Source: Candidatus Saccharimonadota bacterium
GTDB lineage: Bacteria; Patescibacteriota; Gracilibacteria; BD1-5; UBA6164
Assembly: GCA_965227835.1 (NCBI GenBank)
Contig: OZ245768.1
Coordinates: forward strand, 1 to 32,000
Direction of reading: 5' to 3'
DNA length: 32,000 nucleotides
Part shown: piece by piece, positions 10,472 through 21,288 of the stretch
Layout of the letters: each line of letters starts with the position of its first letter
Position numbering within the stretch: position 1 is the first letter of the stretch
The notes under the pieces: generated by a model
The model's database searches: none
Told to the model about the DNA's origin: nothing
The model's input: the letters and a program-made list of their open reading frames with translations, nothing else
Made by a program: the position numbers and the translations under genes

Positions 10472-10633
10472 ATGTTAGAATTATTACTTTCTATTTTATG
10501 GGTGGTTGGAATTATTGTAGCTTATAAAAAAAACTATCCAGTTCTTTTCATACTTTCTATCCTTATACCTATTGTATCTATTGGATTATTATTATACGAA
10601 ATACTAAAAAGATACGGTGTTATAAAGGTTTAG
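10472..10633 (+). CDS. Small two-helix membrane protein, 53 aa
   Basis: ATG 10472 is preceded by ggggagag. MLELLLSILWVVGIIVAYKKNYPVLFILSILIPIVSIGLLLYEILKRYGVIKV, followed by a terminator. Confidence 0.45.
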   Translation: MLELLLSILWVVGIIVAYKKNYPVLFILSILIPIVSIGLLLYEILKRYGVIKV

Positions 10634-10638
10634 TATAG

Positions 10639-10661
10639 AGCCTGGAAACAGGCTTTTTTTT
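10639..10661. terminator. Bidirectional intrinsic terminator (agcctg-gaaa-caggct + T-run)
   Basis: Hairpin between the 53-aa ORF (+) and the sufC stop (-), overlapping the sufC stop codon. Confidence 0.7.
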
Positions 10662-11427
10662 ACTTCCCAAACCCCTTTTCACTAATCTCTCATGCTAAAT
10701 CCTTTTCTCATTGCCTTACAACCTTTCAATCTTCCAATAAATAAACTTTGTCTACATCTATATAATCTAAAATCTTAAAATAATGAGTTATAATTATAAA
10801 ACTATTATCTTTACTAGCTAAGTTTTTAAGCATAGAAGCTATAGTCCTAAATGCATCTAAATCAAGTCAGCTATCTATTTCATCAAGTATTATATATTTA
10901 GGTCATATAAGCTTCATTTGAAGAATCTCTATTTTCCTTTTTTCTCATCAAGAAAATCAAACATTTAATTCTCTATCAAGAAAACTCTCATCAATATGTA
11001 ATTCTTCTAGGTGATTTTTTATTATTCTATTAAACAAAAAAGGAGAAATCTCTCTTGTTTCTTGGTTATTATTTTTTAAGGATACATTGTATATAGTTCT
11101 CAAATATTCTCTAAGTTTGATTCATTTTATTTCAGGGACACTTTGAAATGATAAAAATATTCACTGTTTACTTCTATCCTCTGGACTCATTTCAATTAAA
11201 TCTAGTTTCTCTTGCTTGGATCAATCATCAGATGATGATGTTATATCTATCTCTCATGAAATATGATTATACTTAGGATGTCCCATCAAAAAAGCTGATA
11301 GGGTTGATTTACCACTACCATTTTTTCAAAGCAAACAATAATTTTTTCAAACTTCAAATTTCATACTAACTCATTTGAGTATTTCCTTATCTCAAACTCA
11401 TACTTTTAAATTTTTTATATCTATCAT
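10660..11427 (-). CDS. sufC: Fe-S cluster assembly ATPase SufC
   Basis: Walker A LLGKNGSGKSTL, ABC signature ..NVGFSGGEKRK.., Walker B ..YIILDEIDSGLD... 256 codons. Confidence 0.95.
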
Positions 11428-11507
11428 TATTTTGTTAAACTCAAAAATTAAATCATTACTATTTTAGTAATATTTAATCTTTGGCAAATTTTTTTAAATA
11501 AAAAAAC

Positions 11508-11535
11508 TTGACATAATTTTAAATATAAATATAAA
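11508..11535 (+). promoter_or_regulatory. Sigma70-like promoter (TTGACA-16 nt-TATAAA)
   Basis: TTGACA at 11508-11513 and TATAAA at 11530-11535, upstream of ATG 11582. Confidence 0.4.
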
Positions 11536-11581
11536 ATTAAAAACTTAAAGGAGAAAATTATTATTTTTTAAATAAGATACT

Positions 11582-12541
11582 ATGGAAAAATTAAGTAAAT
11601 ATGCTTGATATGAAGAAAATGAAAGAACTTCCCAGTTTTATGATAGATTAAAAGAATGAAATGAGGCTTTTGATTTATTTTTTAAAAACATTTTTGAATT
11701 TGATTATAGAGATAGTTCTGATTTTCGTTCTCTTGAAGCTATTATAAAACAAAAAATAGGTTATTTTCTTTTTGATTCTTTTGAATCTAGTGATAAAGAG
11801 AATTTAGGAGATTTACTATTAGAAAATAGGGAAGTTTTTTCTTATCGTCCTTACTTTGATATAGATGAGGTTTTAGATGAAATTTGAAAAGAAAATTTAC
11901 AGAAAAAAGAAGATTTTTTGGAAAGTGTAAGGGATAAAATTATTTATATGATATCAATTTCTTTTTATATAAATAAAAATTTCAGAGTAATTAAATATCA
12001 AGAATTACAGAACAGAGTTTCTTGTTGCTTAGATGGAACTTTTGATAAATTTACACCCGAAGAAGAAGGAGAAATACTATATATTTACGAGAAAGAAAGA
12101 AAAAGATATAAAAAGAAAAGATTGTACTATCTTGAGAAGCAAATGGATATAGATAAAGCTAAGGTGCAACTGGAAAGAATGTATTCTGATAATAATAATA
12201 ATGAAAATATTAGGGGGCATTTATTCAGAGCTTCTACATCTTCTAATCCTTATGAAATAGAAAATTGAAAATTTTGCGAAGAGGCAATTGGAGGTATTTA
12301 CGGAGAAGATAGTGATGAAAAAGTTTTCCTACCAGATTATTTGAACTCAAAAGTAATTTTAGAATATGTTATAAGTGGATTACCACAAGATGTGAAATCA
12401 GAAATAATAGGTAGGTATGAAAAAAGAATAAATGAGTTTCTATATAAATTACATGATATAGTTAGTGATGTTAAAAACAGAACATCAAATATAATAGATA
12501 TAAACAAGAATCAAGCTTTTTTTAGGACTATGTCCCATTAA
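11582..12541 (+). CDS. Hypothetical 319-aa cytoplasmic protein
   Basis: Table-25 ORF joining track ORFs 11918-12268 and 12341-12541 in one frame across TGA codons. No family recognised. Confidence 0.75.
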
Positions 12542-12555
12542 AAGATTTGTAAAAT

Positions 12556-12583
12556 AAAAACTCCATACTGGAGTTTTTATTTT
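12556..12583 (+). terminator. Intrinsic terminator (aaaaactcca-tac-tggagttttt)
   Basis: 10-bp stem followed by a T-run, 15 nt after the stop at 12541. Confidence 0.75.
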
Positions 12584-12717
12584 ATATAAAAGCATTTTTT
12601 TAAATATTTACTCGTGAGTTTCATTTTTTAATGTTTAGTTTGTTTTTCAAAAAATTTTGCTAAGATTTATCTTTTAAATATAATTTTTTATAGTTTATTT
12701 TAAGTAAATAAAAAAAT

Positions 12718-12942
12718 ATGCTTGATAAAATTCTTATAGGAGTCTGAGTACTTCTAAGTTCAATACTAATTATTGAAAATATAGTAACATCTTCATCATG
12801 ATATTTATTTCTAGATAAAAATGCTGGCACTTGATTAATTATTTTCGTTTCTATTATAATATGAATGGCAATGTGATATGGAGTCAAATGAATTATGTCA
12901 AAAAATAAAAATATAGAAGAAGATGATAGTTATAATTTTTAA
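12718..12942 (+). CDS. Small two-helix membrane protein, 74 aa
   Basis: MLDKILIGVGVLLSSILIIENIV..GTGLIIFVSIIIGMAMGYGVKG.. with TGA-Gly in helix contexts. Preferred over the antisense track ORF 12660-12887. Confidence 0.4.
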
Positions 12943-12989
12943 AATATTTAAATTATTAAATAACAACAAACTAATTATTTAAAAAACAA

Positions 12990-13017
12990 AAAAAGCTTCC
13001 TAAAGGAAGCTTTTTTA
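12990..13017. terminator. Bidirectional intrinsic terminator (aaaaagcttcc-taaa-ggaagcttttt)
   Basis: Perfect hairpin with flanking A and T runs, between convergent genes 12718-12942 (+) and 13054-13413 (-). Confidence 0.8.
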
Positions 13018-13053
13018 TTGGTAATTTAAATTTCAAAAAACTTATATATATTA

Positions 13054-13413
13054 CTATGCTACGAAAAGAGTAGTAATAACAAATTGTACTATAGAACTTG
13101 CTATAAATATAACCAGTAGTCAAACAACAGCTTGGATAACAATAGTTTTTCATTTTTTAGTTTTTTCCTCATCTCAAGCAGCAGTTAATATTTGAAAACC
13201 TGCCCAGAGTATTACTATTACGGCTATTATATATAGGAAAGTAGTTATAGTGGCAACCCAATTTTGAATTACAGTTACAGCATCATTTTCAGAACCTTTT
13301 AATTCAGCTTTAAGGTTGGTTTGTCCAGTATCAATAGCTGCATTGACTGAATTTAGCAATGGGAAAAATAATCAAGCTAACAGGTAAGCTATAAATCTAA
13401 TAGTATTTTTCAT
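13054..13413 (-). CDS. TrbC/VirB2-like type IV secretion pilin
   Basis: Signal-like N-terminus MKNTIRFIAYLLAGLFFPLL. Two hydrophobic helices flank ..WAGFQILTAAGDEEKTKKGKTIVIQAVVGLLVIF.., the typical VirB2/TrbC layout of CPR pilins. 120 codons. Confidence 0.65.
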
Positions 13414-13544
13414 AATTTTTAATTTATATAAAATAAGATGTAGATATTATAGGATAAAGCATATAAAAATGCAAATTTTTTCTTTAAAATTTTATTTACT
13501 TTATATAATAACTAAATTATCACACATTATATATAACTATAAAA

Positions 13545-14126
13545 ATGAATATAATCATAGCTTTGAAGCAGTTAAAAGAATTTTGAATAAAAAACAAAAT
13601 ACCTAATATTACACAAAATAATGCTAGATTTTTAAGAAGTTTAATCAAAATACAAAATACGAAAAATATGTTAGAGATAGGTTCTGCCAACTGATTTTCT
13701 ACCGTTAATTTTTGACTAGAATTAAAAAAAACTGGATGAAAACTAACAACAATAGAGCTTTCAGATAATAGCTATAAACAAACTCTAGAAAATATATCTT
13801 TATTTTCTCTGCAAAAAACTATAAGGGCTATAAAAGCAGATGCTATTTATGAAATTCCAAAACTAAAAGAAGTTTTTGATTTTGTTTTTATAGATGCTAT
13901 GAAAAGAAAAACTCTAGATTTTTTAAAGCTAGTTTATGATAAAACTGAGATTTGATGAATCATAGTTATAGATGATGTCATAAAATTTAAAGATAAGATG
14001 ATTGATCTTTGGGATTTTTTAGAAAAAAATAAACTAGATTATAATTTAATCCCAATAGATATAGATGATGGAATACTTTTTATGGTAAAACAAAAAGATA
14101 AACTGGATTATTGAGAAGATGCTTAG
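13545..14126 (+). CDS. Class I SAM-dependent O-methyltransferase (family 3, YrrM/caffeoyl-CoA OMT-like)
   Basis: ..MLEIGSANGFSTVNFGLEL..GGKLTTIE..FDFVFIDAMK..GGIIVIDDV.. matches the O-methyltransferase family 3 motifs. 193 aa. Confidence 0.85.
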
Positions 14127-14160
14127 AAAATTCACTTAAAAGAAAAAATAATAATTTAAA

Positions 14161-15246
14161 ATGATACTTTTAAAAATAAAAGAAAATGATTCTGCACAAA
14201 GACTGGATAGATTTTTGAAAAAGATTTTTCCAAAAGCAAAAAATAGCCTTATATACAAACTTAACAGAAAGTGAACAGTAAAACTAAAAACTAGTTTATC
14301 ACAAGATAAATTTATAAAAAAGGATAATGAGTATAAGCTTCAAAATGGAGATGAAGTAAAAATATTTTTAAGTGATAAAGAATTTAGAGAACTTTCTGAA
14401 AAAAAAGAAACTTTTTCAGATATCAAAATACAAAATAAGTTTGATAAGAAAGATATAGTTTATGAAGATAAAGATTTGCTTGTTGTAAACAAAAATCCTT
14501 GAATAAATGTACATCCATGAGATTATAAAACAAAAACTCTAAGTTTAATAACAATTGTACAGGATTATTTATGAAATAAAATTAGCAGTCTTACATTCAA
14601 ACCTAGTCTTATACATAGGCTTGATAGAGACACAAGTGGTATTGTTATGATATGAAAAACTAAAACAATGCTTACCAAACTTGTATATGATTTTAGAAGA
14701 ACTCCGGAAGAAGATAAAAGACCAAATTTGAAATGATGATTAAATAAAAATTTATGAAATAAAAAAATAGAAAAACCCTTAAAAAAGACATATTATGCCA
14801 TAGTTTTATGAAAAATGTCTAGAAAGAGTTGAACTATAAAAAAGAAAATATTGAGACTTAGTGATGCAAAAAATGAAAATAAAGTACAAATATCTGAAAA
14901 GTGATTAAATACTATTACCCATTATAAGCTACTGCAAGAAAGAGAGGTGATATATTTAAATGAAAAATTAATAATTTCAGAATTAGAGATAAATATAGAG
15001 ACTGGTAGAATGCATCAAATAAGGATACATATGTCTAGTATTTGAAATTCTATATTATGAGACAAGACTTATTGAGATAAAAAAATAAATGCTTTTTTTG
15101 AAAAAAATTATGGTTTGAGAAGACAAGCACTTCATGCTTGGAAAATAGAATTTTTTCATTATATAAAAAACAAACCTATGAAACTAGAAGCTAGAATAAA
15201 AAAAGATTTATTGGATTTTATAGAGAAAATAAAAAAAGCATATTAA
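14161..15246 (+). CDS. rluD: RluA-family pseudouridine synthase with N-terminal S4 domain (RluD/RluC type)
   Basis: S4-like ..RLDRFLKK..LIYKLNRKGTVKL.., catalytic ..HRLDRDTSGIVMIGK.., and ..ETGRMHQIRIHM... 361 aa. Confidence 0.9.
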
Positions 15247-15259
15247 ATATATGCTTTTT
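15232..15259 (+). terminator. Intrinsic terminator overlapping the rluD stop
   Basis: gcatat-taaat-atatgc stem followed by ttttt. Confidence 0.55.
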
Positions 15260-15435
15260 AAAATTTAATTTAAGATCAATGAACATCTGCAAAATTAATC
15301 TTTTTTGCTAATTTTCACCAGGGAAATTTTTGGCTTAGAATAACTAAACAAAAAAGTTTATTCGTAAAAATTACCTAAAAAATCTCTACTTTTTTCATAA
15401 CGAAGTAACTCTGCGGACGTTCCTCAATTTATTTT

Positions 15436-15801
15436 TTATCTGCTATATGCATATTTAACATTATCTCTTATAACTATGAAATCAGGAGAATCTGTTTCTT
15501 CCATCCTATTTTTAACTTCAGACTTATTTATAGTATCCAAACTTTCTATATCAGATATTTTTACCTCCAATGTTTCTTTTTGTAAAAGCAAATTTTGTTT
15601 TTCTCTTTCTAAATATCTTATTTCATATCATTGAGTTGCTCATGTATTTAGTGACCATATCAAATATATAAAAGATATTGATATAAAGGCTATTAAGTAG
15701 TTAAAAGTCGAGTTTATTCAAAAAACTATATCATCTTTTTTTTTCTTCCTATTTGAAAATACTTGTTTTCTAAGACTAGGAACTATTATTTTTTTATTCA
15801 T
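15436..15801 (-). CDS. ftsL: FtsL-like cell division protein
   Basis: Basic N-terminus, a single TM (FNYLIAFISISFIYLIWSL), then a coiled coil (YEIRYLEREKQNLLLQKETLEVKISDIE). Lies directly downstream of rsmH, as in dcw clusters. Confidence 0.55.
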
Positions 15802-15829
15802 ATTATTTAAAATAATTTTAATTCTTTAT

Positions 15830-16807
<978 letters not shown>

Positions 16808-17063
16808 TTTTGTTAAAATAATGTTAATTTCTTATTTTAATCCTGTAAAAATAGCAAAATCTTGTATATATTTAATGATTTTTGTTTTTGTGTCAAAAAT
16901 AAAATAAAATAAATATATAGACAAAATTTATTAAAATAGTTTAGCTTAAAATAAACTATAAAATTTTGTTTTTAACACTATTTTAACATTGCTGTTTTCA
17001 ATTAAGATCTGAAGAGTTCTCCTAACTTTGTAAAATAACAATCTGAATTCTATCCAAATAAAA

Positions 17064-17083
17064 AAGAGCTAGGAGCTCTTTGC
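17064..17083 (+). repeat. Hairpin motif copy 4 (aagagctaggagctctttgc)
   Basis: GAGCT-agg-AGCTC stem followed by TTTGC, the same core and 3' tail as copy 1. Lies in the rsmH upstream region. Confidence 0.45.
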
Positions 17084-17177
17084 TTTGGAATTTGTATGGT
17101 TAAGATAAAAAAATTAAATAAATTTACCTACTTTTTAGATGATTAAAATTAATTAATTTAATATGGATATTTTTATT

Positions 17178-17394
17178 ACTCAAAACTACCCACTTTTTAT
17201 AAAAAGTATACCTATATTTTACTTTAAATAAAGGGAAATTAAGCTATTTTTAGTGTTTTATCTTTAGTATTTTATAAATGACTTATTTAAGCTAACTTTA
17301 TCTTTATAAAATTCAATCAATATAAAATCTCTGTTTTTACTTATATAAAGGTAAAAAATAAAATATAAAATACAAAAAACTGAGTAGATTTGAG
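17178..17394 (+). mobile_element. MITE-like 217-bp element, copy L
   Basis: 214 bp match the reverse complement of 30739-30952 with 2 mismatches. The element has its own ~20-bp terminal inverted repeats (actcaaaactacccac.. / ..ctgagtagatttgagt). No ORF. Confidence 0.6.
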
Positions 17395-17398
17395 TTAT

Positions 17399-17549
17399 TA
17401 TAGTAAACTAACTTGTAAGTTAGACTATTTTAAAATGCAATTTTAATTGAAAAGGCAATTTTTATTTTTAGCAGACAGAGAGCTTTAGCCCTTTGATATT
17501 GTAAGAAGTTTCTATTTTTGAAAGGAGGATACCTAGTTAGTTTACTATA
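17399..17549 (+). other. Possible structured element: 15-bp inverted repeat enclosing hairpin motif copy 3
   Basis: tatagtaaactaact (17399-17413) is the exact reverse complement of agttagtttactata (17535-17549). The 121 nt between them hold motif copy 3 (17475-17522) and aaaggagg. Confidence 0.4.
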
Positions 17550-17629
17550 CTTCTGTTTTTTTAAATCACTTTTTTATTGTTTTTTCATCAATATTACAAA
17601 GACTGTATATTTTTAATAATCAAGAAATT

Positions 17630-18388
17630 TTAAAAATGTTTTTTGTAATAGTTTTTGAAATATTCTAGATTTTGTAATATTTTCTCGTTGGTTCATACTC
17701 ATAATTCTCTAGGAGAAATTTCAAGAGTTATAAATCATCCATAAGAACTAGCTTTTAGCTTCATTAAAAAACTTTCAAGAGGTAAATAAGATGTTCATCA
17801 TCATGCTTGTCATGGTAGTAATCCTTTTTTAGGACCACGAGTGTCAGAAAATGATATATTTTTTATACTGCTTCAAAGCACTTTTTGTACTTTCAAAATA
17901 TCACTTCAACTGGAAGGTGATACTGCAGAAATATTCAAAACAGTGTCTCATGTAACATTTTTGATCTGCATCAAAGTTGCATCTTTGTACTCTGGAATTA
18001 TAAAAAAAGCAAACTTAGGTTCTACATTTTCTATAGAAATAGACAAATGAGTATCTCTTTTTATTTTATTTAGATACCTTAAATACCATCCTACATTTCT
18101 GTCTCTATAATGAGGGGGAGTAAAGCTTATATTTTGAGTCCCTAATTTTATAGCTAGTCATACTATATCATCAACAACCTTTTCAGTTATTCATCTTTTT
18201 GGTGCTTTTATTGATAAAACAGGAATATTAAATTCTTTTGATAAAGAGTAAACATAATCTTTATCCCAATAATCATAGTTTTTCTTTGATAGAATTAATT
18301 CAATTCAGTCATATTTTGAATCTCTTGCAAACTGGAAAATTCTATGTAATCCATATCATTCAAAACTTATAGTTGATAGTAGTAACAT
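17630..18388 (-). CDS. Sugar phosphate isomerase/epimerase-like TIM-barrel protein (xylose isomerase-like fold)
   Basis: Codon-by-codon translation gives 252 aa: ..ARDSKYDGIELIL.., ..HLSISIENVEP.., ..SFSDTRG.., ..GFITLEISPREL.., the pattern of the AP-endonuclease-2/xylose-isomerase-like family. Confidence 0.7.
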
Positions 18389-18474
18389 TTTTATAAATCA
18401 TTAATTGATAAACCTTTATATAATATTAACATAAAAGATTTATATATGCAAAATAATTAAATAGTATTTTTACT

Positions 18475-19332
18475 TTAATATCATTTAATCTCAAAATATT
18501 CTCCATTTTTAAGTATTATATATACTTTTCAGGAGTTTAAATATATTTTTTCTATGGTATCTTTGCTACTTTTTATCAAGCTTTTTTTCTTAGTTTTTTT
18601 GTCGTATGATACTATCAAATCTCAATTAATATTTTCAAAAGAATGATTTATTTTTCTTTTTTTATCATCATTTTTTATTACTCAAATATAAAAATCTCAA
18701 ACATCTACATAATCATTAAAAATAGAAAAATAATCTATGTTTTTATTTATTAAATTAAATCTAAATGTTCAAAGATCAGATACTATTCATAATCTGTCTT
18801 CTCATAAACTTTTTATATATATTATCTTAGGTTTAAAAGATGTAGTGAAAATATTATTATTATATAAATTTTTTATATAAAGATTATCCTTTACCTTATA
18901 ATATATGTAGTTGTCTTTACCATATATTTCTTCAAAAACTAAATTTTTATTAGCTTTTTTTAATAAATTTTCTTCTATTTTGTTTTTTAAAGGTTTATTT
19001 GAAGTTTCTATTTTTATTTCTTTTTCTAAGTCTATTTTTATATTATCAATTTTTCTTAAATTTATATTTACTTTGTATTCTTTATATCCTTTCTTTTTTA
19101 TATAAAGCTTGTATTCAAAGGGAGGGATATTTTCTATTTCACATTTTTTTTCTCAGCAAAAAAACTCTTTTTTAAATTTATTATTTTCTAGATTTCAAAA
19201 AAAATTCTTCCTGTTAGATTCTATAACAAATGTTTTAAGTTTAATTTCAAAAAAGTATTTATAAAATCAAAATCAAAATATGATAAATCATAAAATTATT
19301 AAAATTCAAATAGTTCTGTTTGATAAGTTCAT
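18475..19332 (-). CDS. Membrane-anchored hypothetical protein, 285 aa (possible PEGA-like beta domain)
   Basis: N-terminal TM TIGILIILGFIIFGFGFYKYFF, then ..CEIENIPPFEYKLYIKKKGYKEYKVNINL.., which weakly resembles a PEGA domain. 286 codons. Confidence 0.65.
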
Positions 19333-19360
19333 TTGATTGTTTATTTATTATAAATAAAAT

Positions 19361-20188
19361 TTATTTTATTCATGCAGATTTTAGTACATTTTTCATAAGC
19401 ATTGCCACAGTTAATGCTCCTACACCTCATGGAACAGGGGTTATTTTTCATCATTTTTCGTGTATTTTTTTTGTTTGTGCATCTCAATAAATTTTTCAGT
19501 TTTTTACACTAAATCATACATCTATAACTATAGTGTTTTCCCTTATCATAGAGCTTTTTAATAAATTTGATTTTCAAACAGCTACTATTATTATATCTGA
19601 TTTTAGAGTTATTTCTTTTAGTTTTTTTGTCTTGCTGTTACAAATAGTAACTGTTGCTTGTCTATTTATAAGTAAACTAGATATTGGCTTTCAAACTATG
19701 TTGCTTCTTCAAATTACAGCTATATTCTTTCAGGCAATTTTAATTTTTTTTCTATTTAGTATTTCTACAATTCAAGCTGGGGTACAAGGTATAAATCAAG
19801 AATTATCTCACAAAACTAGTTTTCATTGGTTTATGGGGTGAAATCAGTCTATATCTTTCAAAGGATTTATGGAGTTTAGAATTTTTGTTGAGTCTATATT
19901 TTTTGGTAGAGGCATTTGTACTATAAATCAATTTATTTCGAGAGATTTATTGAGTTCATTTATTATTGATAATAACTCTTCTGTGCTAGTATTTTCTCAA
20001 AGTTTTTTTAATTTAAAATTTACTCATATATACTCTGCCCATTTTCTTTTTTGGTTTATATATCTTAAAGATTCTTGATTATCTCATACTAAAATTACTC
20101 ATATGCTTACTTTTCTCCTAGAATCCTTTAGTTTTTCTTTTAATTCCTCATATATATCTAGTGCTATTTTAGTTCAATTTAAAATCAT
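19361..20188 (-). CDS. folD: Bifunctional methylenetetrahydrofolate dehydrogenase/cyclohydrolase
   Basis: ..GVILVGDNQES..YINQKRK..GFIVQMPLP..DGFHPINQGKL..FIPCTPAGIVEIL..AVIGRSNIVGKP..PVPGGVGALTVAML... 276 codons. Confidence 0.95.
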
Positions 20189-20273
20189 TTTTTTTTACTA
20201 ATATTAATTTTATATAAATTTTAATGACTAAGTATTTTTTGCAAAATAATTTTTTGCATTACTTTTTTCAATT

Positions 20274-20304
20274 AAAAAAATGCCAGTTAATTAGGCATTT
20301 TTTT
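20274..20304. terminator. Bidirectional intrinsic terminator (aaaaaaatgcc..ggcattttttt)
   Basis: Stem aatgcc/ggcatt with A-run and T-run flanks, between the stop of the surface protein gene and the folD start. Confidence 0.6.
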
Positions 20305-20322
20305 AAGGAGGCTTATTTTTTC

Positions 20323-21225
20323 TTACGACTTTCTCTTCTTAAAATATATTAATGAAGAAAACAGGACAGCAGTTAATATTAGTATCCAAGTTTCAGTTCA
20401 AGTGTCTGGTACTTTAGCAGAATTTAAAGCTACCTCATCTATTTTTTCTCATATTTCTTCTTCCTCTAAACTAGGTATTTCAAGATCTTCTTCAGAGATA
20501 GTTTGTGTCATAAAATCATATATAGAGTTTGTAATTGAGTAGTTATTTCATTCTTGTGTAGAAAGACCAAACATCATAACTATATATTTTGAATTTTCAT
20601 TTAAACTATTTTCTAAATATACATTTAGCTCTTTTTTATTTTCATTATTTATTCTATATGCTGTTTCTTTTATTCATTTTAACAGTTTAACTTCAATAGA
20701 TTCTCAGTCCACCGGTTGTGTAAAATAAATATCTAAATTTTTTTCATCAAGTATTACTATTTTTTCTATTCCTTGTGAATAACCTCAAATTATTTCTAAT
20801 CAAGCAATTTCATCTTCTATTTCAAAATCTATTGTTCATTCTGCTCCTACTACTGATAATAAACTGTAAGAAGAGTAAGAGGATAAACTATTTTCTAATA
20901 CCAAATTTACTAATTTATTGTCTTCTAAGTCTAGGGATATATTTTTATTTTCTAAATCTTTAAATATTTTAATGTCTGGATAAACATCTTGATTTCCGGT
21001 TTCTATATCTTTATCAAAAAATATTTTCAGTAAGTTAGAATTTTGAGAATTTATATCAATTATTGATGCTTCTATATCATTTTTTTCTTCTTCATCTAAA
21101 TATTCTCCCTTTAGATTGTCTTCACTTATAATTTCATTTTCCGTTTCTTCATAAATATTTATATCATTTTCAGCTGATACTTGTAGTGTTAAAAGCATTA
21201 AAATACTTAGAAGTGCTAGTTTCAT
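20323..21225 (-). CDS. Acidic surface protein with signal peptide and LPXTG-like C-terminal sorting signal
   Basis: MKLALLSILMLLTLQVSAE signal peptide. C-terminus ..KVPDTGTETWILILTAVLFSSLIYFKKRKS has a sortase-type motif, a hydrophobic helix and a basic tail. Extends track ORF 20836-21255 through TGA. Confidence 0.75.
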
Positions 21226-21288
21226 AATTTTTAATTTAATTTTAATTTTTATCATTATATTTATATTAAAAAAATCTCAAAATTAACT

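Noticed and set aside
12660-12887. 75-aa minus-strand ORF from the track
   Set aside because: It has a TTG start and an implausible composition. The + strand frame 12718-12942 gives a cleaner two-helix membrane protein with TGA-Gly. Both remain low confidence.
17130-17140. 11-mer ctttttagatg shared in direct orientation by the outer flanks of both MITE-like copies (also at about 30959-30969)
   Set aside because: Direct orientation is inconsistent with being part of the inverted element. The match is short and AT-rich, so it is probably chance.
16808-17177. Expected mraZ gene, or a remnant of it, upstream of rsmH
   Set aside because: No open frame of useful length on the minus strand under table 25. 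The interval holds only AT-rich sequence, hairpin motif copy 4 and small palindromes.
17521-17560. Strong aaaggagg box as the ribosome-binding site of a + strand gene
   Set aside because: No ATG/GTG/TTG start followed by an open frame lies within range (ata cct agt tag). The region is antisense to the 3' end of the minus-strand isomerase-like gene.
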